64,000 nucleotides of DNA, from the NCBI RefSeq assembly GCF_000143415.4, contig NW_003314262.1:5548364-5612363 (forward strand), in the 5' to 3' direction. The stretch's first letter is position 1. Each line of letters begins with the position of its first letter. The notes under the pieces were generated by a model, which saw only the letters and a list, made by a program, of their open reading frames with translations, was not told the DNA's origin and searched no databases. The translations under genes were made by a program, and so were the position numbers. Origin of the DNA: Selaginella moellendorffii. Lineage: Eukaryota > Plantae > Lycopodiophyta. Shown here piece after piece: positions 25,842 through 39,165 of the stretch.

Positions 25842-28800
25842 TGTAGCGCACGTGGTTTTGACCCTTTATTCTATGGTGATTTACCATAGGATAACACCAC
25901 GAAGCGGAACCTAAACCCTCTTTGTGCCACGTGACAGATGCCACGTGTCACATACCACGTGTCCGTGCCACGTGTCCATAGGAACCCGAGGTTCAGGGCC
26001 TTGGGCCACTGAACGAAGGAACGGTGCCAAACTCCCAAGCCTGACGCCAAGGAGTGATGAAACCGGACCACAGAGCAACTCCCGAGCATATAGCCCAAGG
26101 AGCGAAGGGACAGGGGCCCAGAGCGACTTGGAACAGTCCTAGAGCAACCAGCATCCCAATGCCAGGACCAGCACGCAAAACGGAGCCAAACGGAGTCTGG
26201 CGCTATTTCGGCATACCGGTGGCCTAACGCGAGGATATGGGTACTCCACCAACTAGCATGGAATGGAACTTGGGCTTAGACCCAAGCCGGACGCAGAACA
26301 AGGACAGGCACGCAAGCGGGAGCTAGACTATGCCTCAGGTTGGTCGGCCATGCCCGACCTACCCACTATCCCTACTATACATTTGGAACCCCCCATAGCC
26401 CCCCCCCCCTTGAGGAACACACGCTTTGGGCTTTCACCCCAAGCCTCCCTTAGTATCAGGAGTTAGTCTCTGGGACAAACTCGAAACTTACTAAATATGG
26501 AATGTCCTTAGATTGTGAATTTGGACACGGGACGAACACCATTGTGTTCAGGCCGATCTCTACATTCCGTAGATATGCCAAATGAGCAAATCTGGACACT
26601 TTCCATAAATAGCATTTGGGACCGAAATGAGACTAACACAAAGGGCATGATAGCGAGGGTGTTTGGCAGACACGGTAAGCTATCATCCAGCGATATTGAG
26701 GGACCAATCTCAATATACGAGGGTTCTTGTCAAGCCAGTGCAAGACAGAGCAAAAGAGAACTAAAAGCCAGGCCGAGTATGCTCAGCTAAAAACACATAG
26801 GAGTTCCTACCTTATGTCCATCTGGCTAAGTACAGGTGCTAAGCCCAGTAAACTAACACTTGAACAAGAGGGGCTAATAAAGGGAACCAGCAATACCGAC
26901 CTCCTGCCATCGTGGCAGTAAGGTAAGAGTGTCCGTAAGGACTAGCCGACAGGTAACTTTCGATACCTGAAGTCACATTCGCGACACTCTCCCCCCCTTG
27001 GGAAGATCGACGTCCTCGTCGATGCACACTCGAGTCTAGAATACCGCCAAGGAAACAACTCCAGAAAAAGTTCACGGTACTCACACTATGTGAGAAATGC
27101 ACCAACTTAAATGAGTTAAGGGGGCAACCTCTTTGTCTAACGCGGATGCGCTACCAGCTTAGACACCTTCCGGCCGTCGCCGACAAGGAAATGACCAACG
27201 GAGTCAGCCACCCCTGCTGCTCTGGGAGTCACCCAGCTTACAAAAGTGTGATATGCCCTGCCCGCAGGAACATAGAGAGAGAAGCCAGAGGCCCCTACCC
27301 TCCTAAGCAAAGAAACCAAACCCGTCGGTAAGGTTTAGATAGACTACTGTAAACAGGCAGTTAGAGTTGTTTACACGGTCACGCCCTTTCAACGGAATAA
27401 GGACCATCGACAAAGAGGCGGGTTATGTGACCAGTCGACAGTAGCTACCCCATGACTAGAGATTTCACCATGCACACGAAGTGCCGAAGCCAGTCTGCCC
27501 ATTACTGGCCCAAACTCAAAGATCAATGGATGGACAATATCAAAGTCAGAGACAATGATATCTGAGAAGCTTAATTACTAGTGATTATATCTTAGAGTAG
27601 AACACAAAAGTATTCTAAGCAAGTTATCATCCGATAAACCAGTAGTATTGTAGATAGGAACCACCAACAGATCATCATAATTTGGCAAACACAGGAATGA
27701 CCATCCAACAAAATTCAATAGTTAGTATATCATCAAGGAAACTCAATGATGAAACTTAACTATCGAAGATAGTAGATAGTAAGCCAACAACTTACTAGAG
27801 AGAACTCAAAGAACACAAAGTATCATTGACTAACAAGCACAATGCTAGCGAATGTATCACCCAAAGGAAATAATATCCAAATCTATCAAAACTAACTCGA
27901 GCAACAATCAACAGAAGAAAATGAATGTGGTAAGACCAACAAACACTCATTCCTGCCAACTATCACAAAAGCCAATCTGAATAGATCCCAGCCAACAATA
28001 CCAAGGAACTCAAGTTGCCTAAGCAAGTGTCAGCAACATCCTACTGACGTCTCAAACCCAAGAGACCAATCCAGAGCAAACCACAAAGAACATGTGGTAT
28101 TGCCAAAAGCCAAAAGCCATCAAAGAGAACAACCAACTATCATGAAAGATCGTCAATCATTCCATCAATAAAGAGATGCATAATCATCGTCTAAGAAGGA
28201 ATCCACCATCCCGAAGAACGGCAAACCATTCTATACCAACAATAATCAAGCAAAACTTTTTGACATGGATAATCAACTTTCCTAGAGGATAGTTAATCAG
28301 CACCAATGATTGCTAGATGCAAAAGCCAACTTCAACATCGAAGCTAATGAGCCAAAATGCCTTCCCCCAACAACTTCAAACAAATGGAACAATGAGCATA
28401 AAACTCAAGGAACCGAAAGTTCAAAGAAGTCTATAGCCAAGTCTTGTCTAACAATGATCACGAGTCACATAGAAGCTAACTTCAATGTTAAAGAAGAAAT
28501 CATGGTGCAACCCACAATATCTTCCTCAACACATCCATAAGCCAAACTTCATAATACCAAAGCTAACGAAGAGCATTTCTGCATCAATCCAAAAGCTAAG
28601 TATAACGAAGCTATGCTCAACAAGTGATCATCAAACGATCCTCCATGAATCCATCTACAGCAAGACGTAACTCACCTCATAACAAGCACAAGAAAAATCA
28701 TTAATGATTGATATATCTCAATTGAAATCCAAGAAGGATTCAATCACTTCAATGCCAATCACTAACTCTTACTCTTATAGAGGTAGCATTGTTCACGACT

Positions 28801-31800
28801 AAATCACTTTTCAAGGAAAAACTAAAGCTCAACCTCAACTAAGCAATCTCGTCTAGAACACAACTAACCCAAACTTGCTACTCAGTTCATTTGAACATCA
28901 ATACAGTTGCTAACTAGCAATTGCCTGAATGCTAACAACACAAAGCTAAAGCCAAATCATCAACACTTTTTATCAAGACTAATGAAACTCAATATCAATC
29001 CTATGGAGAGATATCTCATTTCATTTTACCTCAACATCAACAATGTCAATGACAAGGCATCACTTCAATGCCATCAACAACAGAACAAAGCTAGCAGAAA
29101 GCAAGAGTGAATCACCACCCAAAGCTCTCTAGCAACCAAGCTAACCAAGGTCGAAGATACCTTAGTCAGTATCCGAGACCAATCCTCCAACAATACTCAG
29201 TTACAGATAACACTTCCTCAAGGAGTGAATCACCACGTCCAAGACTCAATGAAATCCAACACTATAGACCAAACGTAACCAAATGATATCGACAAAGGAA
29301 TTGACATGCCAACATGGAAAAACCACGCCAGCCTAATGACACGATCCTCCGCAACACCATCCGGTAAAGCAAGCCCATCACTGTTAAATCATCATCGAGC
29401 AAAGTAAGTGTCAACAGTCCTTGACGAAGTCTACAAGTAATCACTAGTCACAAAGCAACTAACAATCACTCCTCAACTTGCCTTCATAAGACCCAAACAC
29501 CAACTCTTGTCATCAAGTTACATACTTGTCCAACATGAACATAATACCCCAAGTATGAGATAAAAGTTCATAGACAAGCACAAACTAAATGACCACTCGA
29601 ATCCAACTCAACCGCAATAAGCTCACTAATGCATTTTAGTCAATAGCTCTGAGCATGCCTTGAAGAGGCTAGCTATGTGATCAACACTCAGTCGAAACTA
29701 AAGTGAAGACCATGAGATGGACTCATATCAGTACACAACTTCCTCATAGACAAAGCTATAGTACGGGTACCAACATCTCAACCTCAAACAACTAAGTTGG
29801 ACATCACCATCCTCAGCCAAGGTGCAGGGCCACCAAGACCAAGTCAAGATCAGTGAGAACTCACTACTCTCATAGAGTCTAACGTAATGCAAGGTGCAAA
29901 CTGTCACCAAGCACAATGCTACAAAAGAAAGGCACAAGGGTCACCTTTCTTAGAAAAGCGCAACAGCCACTTTTCTACACCAACTCTAGACTCTATCCAA
30001 CTCAATTGTTTTAGCCCCAAAAGTCAGCATCCCTTTCGGGCCGCAATATACAAACTACCTATCAAGGTCTAAGCTAACCAAAGTCAACTCCAACCCCTTC
30101 ACTAGTTTGTACTGGCTTATGAAAACGGAAAGGTTTTCGGACAAAGTGATCAACAGATCAGCCATTGGAAAAGCCTAAGAAAATTTGTGGAAAATTTCCA
30201 TCCTAGAGAAAGAATGACTCTCAGTCCAGGATTGCAAACTTTCAAGACTCAACCAACTTCATCCTACAAACAACTTCACATAGGTTCACCTCAACACAAA
30301 TTCTCATGATCGAACAACATGCTTAAGCATCGAACATCTTTGCCCATATAACCGACATCCAACACTGACATCCGCAAAGTGCAAAATGAACATCCAAGGC
30401 TTGATCACGAAGACCACATCTTTGGATATCCACATTGCACTAACACTCTTCTTCAACCATCTTCAAGATCCAATGTGAAGCCAAAACACTAACAAGAAAA
30501 ATGACATGGAAAATCAAGCTCTAAGGAAAATTCCTCATCACTCGAATCAACAATGCCACTTCCACTAACACAAGTGCTAGCGATGTCAATGCATCAACCT
30601 CACACCTTCTCCATCCAATAATCTACTCCAAGTGCTAACGGATCAATAGATAAGCTATAGCAAATGAATGCTACAACCCATTCCCAACACCTTATGGGCA
30701 AACCCTTAAGGAAACAAGGTACCAACATAAGCTTAGCATAATGGACCACCAGTGAGAATCCAGTCAAAGCTACTATAATGCTACTTCGTGCAAGTAGACT
30801 AGCTTCTCCATCAACCACTTTGGGGTTGATCATCATTTACCCAAGCAACTTCGTAAACACATTGCTCATTATCACATGGATATGATATAAATCACAATGA
30901 CTTGATCATCAATTGAGTAACGCAATGAGCAAGGCTTATGTCATTATTTCAAACGTTTATGTGAATATCAAATGCCAACTCAATTCGACAAAATGCAACA
31001 TAAATGCCACACTCCACCAATAGAGGTTTACGACACCCAACACCACTAACTTTTGTTCACAACACGGACAAGCTCATGCCACTCTCTTTCTGACCAAACT
31101 CAACACTAATCCAACACCAAGCTACTCAAGGAGCAATAGCAAGGTTCCCCGGAAAAGAATTGAGCATTGCAACCCAAGTCTTCCAATAGCGAGCCTAGAC
31201 AAAATGGTTTAGTGTTTCACCACTATCCATCCCATAACTCACCACTTGTAAGACCATCACTTCCAACATGCATCAAGGTAGGGACTCTTGATTGCATGAT
31301 GTGAACACAAGCAATGAGTTAACACCTCGTTGCAAATCATCTTTCCAAGAAGAGAGAATGATTTACGTATTTGATCCTTCGTCCCTGACGACTCTCTTTC
31401 CGGCCTCATCTTGACTAAACCTCAAGCTTGCTTTCGCACTGCCTTCAGTTCAATCCAAGAAAAATTTATGAGAGAGCACGGTCATGATTACTTGAACCAA
31501 TAGACTAATCCCTATAGTCTTGATTGATCCACTTATAATCATACCTAGGAAGGATCCACTAGTGCCGTGCTAAACAGCTACGGACCAGCCTATTTGCCAC
31601 TCATAGCAAACCCAGGGAGGTTTGCTTTCACCCATGGTACATGGAACAACTCATGGAACCAACGATAGGCTAACATTAATCCTGCCAACTCAAAGTGTAA
31701 CCTCAAGTTGCTAATGTGCCTCACTCACGAGCCCAAGCGCAAACTCGTGCTACTGGAACAACTCAATCCTTCCTATGAGCCCAAGAGCAAGCTCATATAA

Positions 31801-32672
31801 TACGGTACAAAACGGTAACCAAAACCATACCCAAGGAACGATTGCGAAGTCATTGCACCCAAACGTGTACCCACTCGGATCATCGTTTTCATCTCTGCGT
31901 ATGCAACAAGACTAGTTGCCCAATCTCATTGAATAGTACTCGCTGAGACTCATTCTCTGATACCAAATGTAGCGCACGTGGTTTTGACCCTTTATCCTAT
32001 GGTGATTTACCATAGGATAACACCACGAAGCGGAACCTAAACCCTCTTTGTGCCACGTGACAGATGCCATGTGTCACATACCACGTGTCCGTGCCACGTG
32101 TCCATAGGAACCCGAGGTTCAGGGCCTTGGGCCACTGAACGAAGGAACGGTGCCAAACTCCCAAGCCTGACGCCAAGGAGTGATGAAACCGGACCACAGA
32201 GCAACTCCCGAGCATATAGCCCAAGGAGCGAAGGGACAGGGGCCCGGAGCGACTTGGAACAGTCCTAGAGCAACCAGCATCCCAATGCCAGGACCAGCAC
32301 GCAAAACGGAGCCAAACGGAGTCTGGCGCTATTTCGGCATACCGGTGGCCTAACGCGAGGATATGGGTACTCCACCAACTAGCATGGAATGGAACTTGGG
32401 CTTAGACCCAAGCCGGACGCAGAACAAGGACAGGCACGCAAGCGGGAGCTAGACTATGCCTCAGGTTGGTCGGCCATGCCCGACCTACCCACTATCCCTA
32501 CTATACATTTGGAACCCCCCATAGCCCCCCCCCCCCTTGAGGAACACACGCTTTGGGCTTTCACCCCAAGCCTCCCTTAGTATCAGGAGTTAGTCTCTGG
32601 GACAAACTCGAAACTTACTAAATATGGAATGTCCTTAGATTGTGAATTTGGACACGGGACGAACACCATTGT
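25842..32672 (-). mobile_element. Non-autonomous LTR retrotransposon, copy 1 (3' LTR 25842-26986; 5' LTR 31968-32672, truncated)
   Basis: TG...CA LTR of 1145 bp; PBS TGGTATCAGAG (tRNA-iMet) at 31955-31965 on minus; PPT at 26987-27000; about 5 kb interior with no long ORF; LTRs nearly identical over about 700 bp. Confidence 0.93.
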
Positions 32673-35229
32673 TGCTAAACACTCCTTTGTCATCACTCTT
32701 TTGCATCAACACACATTTGAGACCAATATCAAAAGTATTCACTTATAAGATGAAAGGTCAAGTGTAACTAAGACATGCCAAAACTAGAGGAGTTGTTAAC
32801 ACCTTTTTAAGATCCACAAATGTCCACTTATAATCCTCAGACTAAATGAAAGATGACACTGATGACTTTAGCAACATTTATAATGGTGTAGTATAATTAG
32901 AAAAATGATCAACAAAATTATCAAAATATTGCATCTTACTAAGAAAGCATCGCATATGATTTATATACTTTAGAGTAAAGAACTTCAAAACAATGATAAA
33001 TTTGTCAATGGAACAAAAGTGAAAGGAATAAAAGAGATATAAAGGAGTATGAAACAAAAAGGGAGAAGCTTCAAAGTTATATTTGGCATGATTGTATTGC
33101 ACAAAAATGATATCAAAAACTTAATTTAGCACTATTTACAATGATTGTAGCTCAAGTTTATGATCACCCACATGCATAACTAAGTCTATCTCATCCCACA
33201 CACATATATGTGTATGGCCATTGTCATGGATAATAAAAACTAGCTCTATCATATAATACAAATGTAGAAAACAATATAAAGCATTATAGAAAATAAGCTT
33301 TAAACTATATCAACTAACACAAAGGAGATAACAAAGGGACCTTTTGTTATAAAACTAAACTTAAAAAGTGAACATTAGATAAACTAATACCAAGTGAATC
33401 CTTATTCCTGAAAGAAGTATAAAATTATTCACACAACACTAATATGATATTGTTAATGTTAAGGCTTTCACCTAGGAAATGAGGGATGCCAAGCTAGAAA
33501 AAGCCAACAACACTAATATAAGTTGCTAATCTTATCATATGCCTAATAATGAACTTTATAGCCATGATCACATCCTTGTCTCTGTTGAAGAGAAACATTA
33601 AAGGTGACTAGGGTAAGTGCATACACAAGTCCCAAGATTTACACATGCTTCAACTCCCACTTGAACATAGGCAACAACAATGTCAACTTTCATTGAAACA
33701 AAATTGGAAGGTGGAATTACAACACATGCAAATCTCCACAAGTGGGAGAGATGATATCATAGTATTATGTTAGTTGAAAAGCATTGTCAAGGGCCCCATA
33801 TGATCTTGACAAAGTGCTAGTTATAATATACCCAACATGATCTATTCTAACATATTGAGCTCCACACGAAGCAAAAAACTCCCAAAGTAAACAGTAAATT
33901 GTATAAAAAACTCAAATAGCTCTTGATAGAGATAATGCAATTACTATAAGATATCATCACAATCATTAATATATTAAAATGCATACTTGAAGATGTCCAG
34001 AAAAAAAACTCCAATCTACACAAGTGGTTGCACTTAAATTATTATACTATTGTAATACCATCCTTTAGAGACATGTGTAAACACTGCTAAGGGGGGTGCT
34101 TTCCAACTGATTAGAATTTCTTAAAGTGTATAACATGAGTTAATAAATTTCCCATCCAATAAATATTTTTTTCTCATAGTATATGTATAGTATGGGCTAT
34201 CTCCAAAACTTTTTTTAAGGTGGAAATCCATATATATTCACTATAATCAAAAAAAAAAACAGTACAAAAATATAAGGCTTAACCATTCAAAAATCATAGT
34301 TGATTACTCTATAACCACTTGAGTTTTAGGGCAACTAGGAACCAATAACAAGAGGCTTAGTTTTGGCTATAATGGATTAATATTAGAGTTGGTTGTCACC
34401 TCTCTTGTCTATGAAGTTACTATAAATGAAGTATGCAAAATTAGTTAAGAATTAATGAATAAAGGTAATTATTTATAAAGAAGCTCTCCAAGCTCGTAGT
34501 GCTAGGGGATGTTCAACACTAGAATTTCCTCCCCGGGCTCAAAATTTAACTTAAAGTCATGCTGAAAAGATTAGATGAAGATGTTGTTTATTCTATATTT
34601 TTGCACAACTACTTCTAATCCTTGTTTGAAAAGGCTCTTTGAAGCTTTTCTTGCAACAAGTCTAACTTGTTTGTCCATTTTTCTTTTCTCCCTCTCCAAG
34701 TTTTATACTTCTTTTACTATTGTTACTTATTTTGCTTTAAGTTGCCTCAATATTGCCTTCTCCCATTAGTTCTTCTCATTAACTAATCTCTTTTTCTCTT
34801 TTACATAAGCTTTTTCATTTGTTATAGCCTCTCATTTAGCTTTTCTTCTTGCCTCTTTTTCTACCTTGTCTTTTTTTTTGGCTTTTTCCTTGGTCTCAAT
34901 ATGAGCAATGTATTCTATATTAATGAGTGTATAGGGAATAGAGACGAACCTCTGCTTCTCTCCTGCTTATGGGTGTTGTTAAGTTTGAGTAGAGAACAGT
35001 ATTGTGAGTTCAACTATAAATTCTTCTATTGTTGGCTCGTGAGCTTCTTCCATTGTATAGTTTACATCTACAGCAACTATAACACTTAGCAACGGCTCCA
35101 AATCATCATCATCATTGTCATCCACACTTATATCAAATGTAAGTCTCTTCATCTTCATCTTTTTAAAGTTTCTTACTTATGCTTTATAAAGCTATAGCCA
35201 TGTGAAATTCGGCATCTATAGTTGCACAA

Positions 35230-35800
35230 TCAAGAAGCTAAAGTCTAGTTTTTTTAAAACTAGCAATGATGTTTGCAAGAGTTAGAGCCTTGTCAAGTGC
35301 TCTTCTTGCCATTCCTGCTAAGATCTTTACTAAACTGTATCCATGAAATCCTATCTCCATGTACTTAGCATGGATGGCTTTGAACACTACTTTAAAAGGT
35401 TTGAAGCAGCACATTAAGAGATTGCATGACCATCCATCACAATGCAAGCTCAATTTGTTGGAGAGATGCCTCTTGGGATGACTCTTGCAAAATGTTCAAA
35501 TAAGTAAACCCATTGTTGCTCATCCATGCATTAACTTGTACTTGCATGGATGCTCTAGACTTGCACAATTTCAACCAGCTTATTCAATTATGCCTTTAGA
35601 ATATGTAGTGATTTGGAAAGTTCTAGCCATTTATAGCAATAGCACAAATGATTGTCATCCTTTGACGTTCATTTGGAACAACATTAAAAATTATGTGCAC
35701 TTGCTTGTTAGATACCATATGACAGCCTTGATCAAGTGTAAAATAAAGATTTTATTTAGTGTGGTTTTGGTATGTCTTTGTTTCTTGTATAATTGGATGT
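35230..35800 (-). mobile_element. Decayed pogo/Tigger-type (DDE_1) transposase relic
   Basis: Fragments ERQRMTIICAIAING.NFP.HYIF.G, AWMS..GF, CFKPFKVVF and ANIIASFKKT resemble DDE_1 motifs (PLDV..FKPFK). Confidence 0.6.
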
Positions 35801-36235
35801 AAATCTTTGTAGAGTTTTGTTAAGTACACCAAGAAATATTTAAGGACTTCCAACTCATTTAACTATGGTTTGAAGCAATCTAGATTCTAGAGTTATAAAA
35901 ACAATTGAATGTGACTAGTAAAATTAGTTGCTACATCAATTAGATAGAATATCAGATCAGTTAGAGATAATACAAAAAGTAAATCTAAACAAAAAACCAC
36001 TTCTAGAACAATTGAAGATGCCTCTTAACTCCACTAATGTGAGTGCACTGGAATATAAAATAGAATTCATAAATATGCACTACACTAATATTAATATATA
36101 GCATCGTATCTGGACCTCACAAACTAATAATGATAATTTTTATTAACAAATTATTATAAGTTAATACTTTTGAAATTAACGGCTGCTTTATTTATTTAAG
36201 GTTTTATAAGGCGGGAAAATTCAACGAGGTAGGGC

Positions 36236-37783
36236 ATGGCATCTCTGTCTTCTCACATTCTAGTCCTTCCCTATCCTGCCCAGGGGCACATCCCTCCTCT
36301 CATCGGCTTCTCTGCGGCACTGGCGGATCGCGGCGCGCTCGTGACGCTGGTGAATATTGCGAGCATCGATTCCAGGATCCGGGAGCGTTGGACATGGCCA
36401 AGGGAGCTGGAGGGCAGCATCCGGTTCGAGAGCTTAGATTTCCCCTACGACATTCCTCAAGGGTACGATGCGTCCTGCCATGTAGATCAGGGAAATTTCG
36501 TCCAGGCCCTTCGCGGCGCGCAGGTCCCATTCGAAGATCTGCTGAGAGAGATGCTTAATCGCGGCGAGCGAGTTTCGTGCATCGTCGCAGATTATCTCTG
36601 GGGATGGCATGTCGAGTCTGCCAAGAAATTTGGGGTTTCTTGTGCGTCCTACTGGCCTGGGAGCGCGACTTGGATCAATGTCCACTACCATTTGCCCCTT
36701 CTTATATCAGCCGGTGAGGCACCGATTAAAGGTAAGATATGTTTAAACTCTTCTCTCGTGACCATTTACGTAGATGGCGACGAAAGAACGATTTCCTACG
36801 TTCCGGGGCTCTCTCCAACGAAGCTCAAGGATTTCCCATACTACGCAAGGATGGAATTCAAGGGAACGCTCGAGTATTTGATGCAAGAGCAAGAAAAAAC
36901 TCTCAGGAACTTCGGTGACAACTCGTGCTTACTGATAAACTCGGCCGAAGAGTTGGAACCAGATGCCTTCCAGTCCTTGAGAAAAGTTTTTGGAGAGAAG
37001 TGCACAGGGGTCGGGCCACTTTTTAATCTGGATCCAGCGAGAACAAGGCTTTGTCACAGCTTGCGAGAAGAAGACGGTGGCTGCATAGCTTGGCTGGACA
37101 CTCAAGCTCCAAAGTCGGTGCTTTACATCTCCTTTGGCAGCGTTGTTGCGCTACCCGACTTGGAGCTCCAGGAACTCTCAAAGGCAGTGTTAGAAATGGA
37201 GAGGCCTTTCCTTTGGGTGCTTCCGCCAGAGCAGAAGAACGAAAGCACCAAAGAGATCACCGAGGCAGCAAGAGCTTCCTCCTTCACAAGAGGCCGGATA
37301 GTATCCTGGGCACCGCAGCTCCAAGTTTTGTCACACGCATCGGTGGGAGGATTTCTCAGCCACTGCGGCTGGAACTCGGTGCTCGAGGCCGTGACAAACG
37401 GAGTGCCTGTGCTGGGGTGGCCATGCGCGATCGAGCAGAACCTCAACTGCAAGGTGCTTGTTCACGACTGGAAGGCGGGCCTGAAGATCGACAAGGCCGA
37501 GAAGGACGGGATCAAGGCCGCGATCGAGAATCTGATGGGAGGAAGCTGGCTTGATCGTGCACAGGAACTTCGTGAGGTTGTTCTAAAGAGCGTGAGAGCT
37601 CGTGGACTTGTAAGCGATCCGGTAAAGTATACTCCATTTTTATCCTTGTGGATGATAACCCGTAGTCTTGCAGGTGTTGGAAATCGCTCGCTCAAAACGA
37701 TAAAGGCATTGCTAAAAATCAAACGTTGCTTGTCCAATTATTATTTTTGGCGATCAGGGCGATGTCAACAAGATCAAGGCTAG
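36236..37783 (+). CDS. Family 1 UDP-glycosyltransferase
   Basis: HILVLPYPAQGH (catalytic His) and PSPG box WAPQLQVLSHASVGGFLSHCGWNS...WP..EQ. Probable in-frame 42-nt intron at 36732-36773; a possible last intron at 37622-37673 would end the CDS at 37703. Confidence 0.93.
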   Translation: MASLSSHILVLPYPAQGHIPPLIGFSAALADRGALVTLVNIASIDSRIRERWTWPRELEGSIRFESLDFPYDIPQGYDASCHVDQGNFVQALRGAQVPFEDLLREMLNRGERVSCIVADYLWGWHVESAKKFGVSCASYWPGSATWINVHYHLPLLISAGEAPIKGKICLNSSLVTIYVDGDERTISYVPGLSPTKLKDFPYYARMEFKGTLEYLMQEQEKTLRNFGDNSCLLINSAEELEPDAFQSLRKVFGEKCTGVGPLFNLDPARTRLCHSLREEDGGCIAWLDTQAPKSVLYISFGSVVALPDLELQELSKAVLEMERPFLWVLPPEQKNESTKEITEAARASSFTRGRIVSWAPQLQVLSHASVGGFLSHCGWNSVLEAVTNGVPVLGWPCAIEQNLNCKVLVHDWKAGLKIDKAEKDGIKAAIENLMGGSWLDRAQELREVVLKSVRARGLVSDPVKYTPFLSLWMITRSLAGVGNRSLKTIKALLKIKRCLSNYYFWRSGRCQQDQG

Positions 37784-38345
37784 AAACACTAGGCTGATCC
37801 ATAACCGACATTTTCTCGAGGACTCCCCGGTACGTCTTCTCTTTGGGCCATAAAGTTTCTTTGAGCTTGCTGATTTGCTTTAGTCTTAATTATATCAGAC
37901 CTTGATTTTTCAAGTCTATATTAACTTACTTTGTGTGACACATGGCATTCTACGTCGGGACGACGTCCTGTGTGTGAAGCCCGAACGCTTGGAGTTGTGT
38001 GGGCCCTTTAAGTTCGCGCTATATCCAGTCGAGGGTGGTGTTGGGCTGATCGAGTCCACAACTTGCATAGCAGAGCTCGTGAGCCCAGCTTCGCATCTAC
38101 GTCCCTGGCAAGAGGAGCAGTTTAAAGAAGGATCTCCCAGGTGGACAGCATCCTGGCGTGTCGTCGTGACTTATCCGAAATGCTGCAAGCACCGCACCTG
38201 CTACAAAAAAAATGTAGATCTTGGCGAGAGCAGCGGCGCCGCTGTGGAAAGTAGTGATGGAGCGATAGAGCGAGACATTTTCCAGGCATGTCGATCCAGA
38301 CAAGGTCGCTTCCAAGAGAAGTTTCTTTTGTTTTAACAAAGTAAC

Positions 38346-38416
38346 GCACTGCTGGTCTAGCGGTAGAATAGTTCCCTGCCACGGAACAGACCCGGGTTCG
38401 ATTCCCGGGCAGTGCA
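38346..38416 (+). tRNA. tRNA-Gly(GCC)
   Basis: 71-nt cloverleaf: GCACTGC/GCAGTGC acceptor stem, GTTCC-CTGCCAC-GGAAC anticodon arm, GGTTCGATTCC B box, TTTT just downstream. Confidence 0.96.
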
Positions 38417-39165
38417 CGGTTTTACCATGTGCATTGGAGAGGAATGAGTACAAACCAGCCTATCATGAAGATTCTTTTAAAGCATTCAACTTGTTAGGCG
38501 GTAATGTTAAGGCCAACGCGACACGCGGAGGAGAAGCTATTCCACCAAAAATTAGATAATAGCGTTGGAACACGTGGTCCCAATATCAGTTAAAAACTAA
38601 AATATCAGCTAAAAGGTATGAGTTTCTTTTGCCCAGATCTCTCTTTATTCTGGGCTCCCGCTTACGTGTCGCACTCTCCTCTAACCACGTCACATGCCGA
38701 CGTGTTTTATTAGGGCATAGGTGGCATGTTAAAACACTCGCCAACGTGTGCGTTCAACGTTGCCCGTCCAATGACCTAACGATCAATTTGCTATTGTGTT
38801 GCACCGTCAATGAAGAAAAACTGTGTTTGCTGATCACAACATCAATCTGGAAGAAAAAAAAAGAGAACGACCGTTAGAAACTGTCTTAAACCCAGTGAAG
38901 GAACAAACCGCTAACAGTGTTGTTGTCAGCTGAAGTGGTCGCTTCTCGCACCGAAGTGCTAGCAGTAGTGTTGTCAGCTGAAATGGCATGGCCGGTTATC
39001 CCGCCAGTAACATCTATAACGATCGTCCTGCAAGTTTGCTTAATCTGGAGGAAGAAAGAAGAAAAACGTTGGTTAGAAGCGTGCGTAAAGTTGTTAAAGC
39101 GTAAACTTGTTACCTCGTAAGCAAACTGAGATGGTGATTGCGTTCTTCTGGTTGTGTTGTCTAGC

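Noticed and set aside
25871-26466. Repeated short ORFs (MGYMLGSCSVV..., MELGLRPKPD...) present four times
   Set aside because: They lie inside the LTRs; recurrence reflects LTR identity, not coding selection.
37902-38336. 144-aa ORF between the UGT and tRNA-Gly
   Set aside because: Non-ATG start, no recognisable domain and no convincing splice model.
38417-38520. Possible tRNA-Gly-snoRNA dicistron
   Set aside because: A TTTT terminator follows the tRNA and no C/D boxes are evident.
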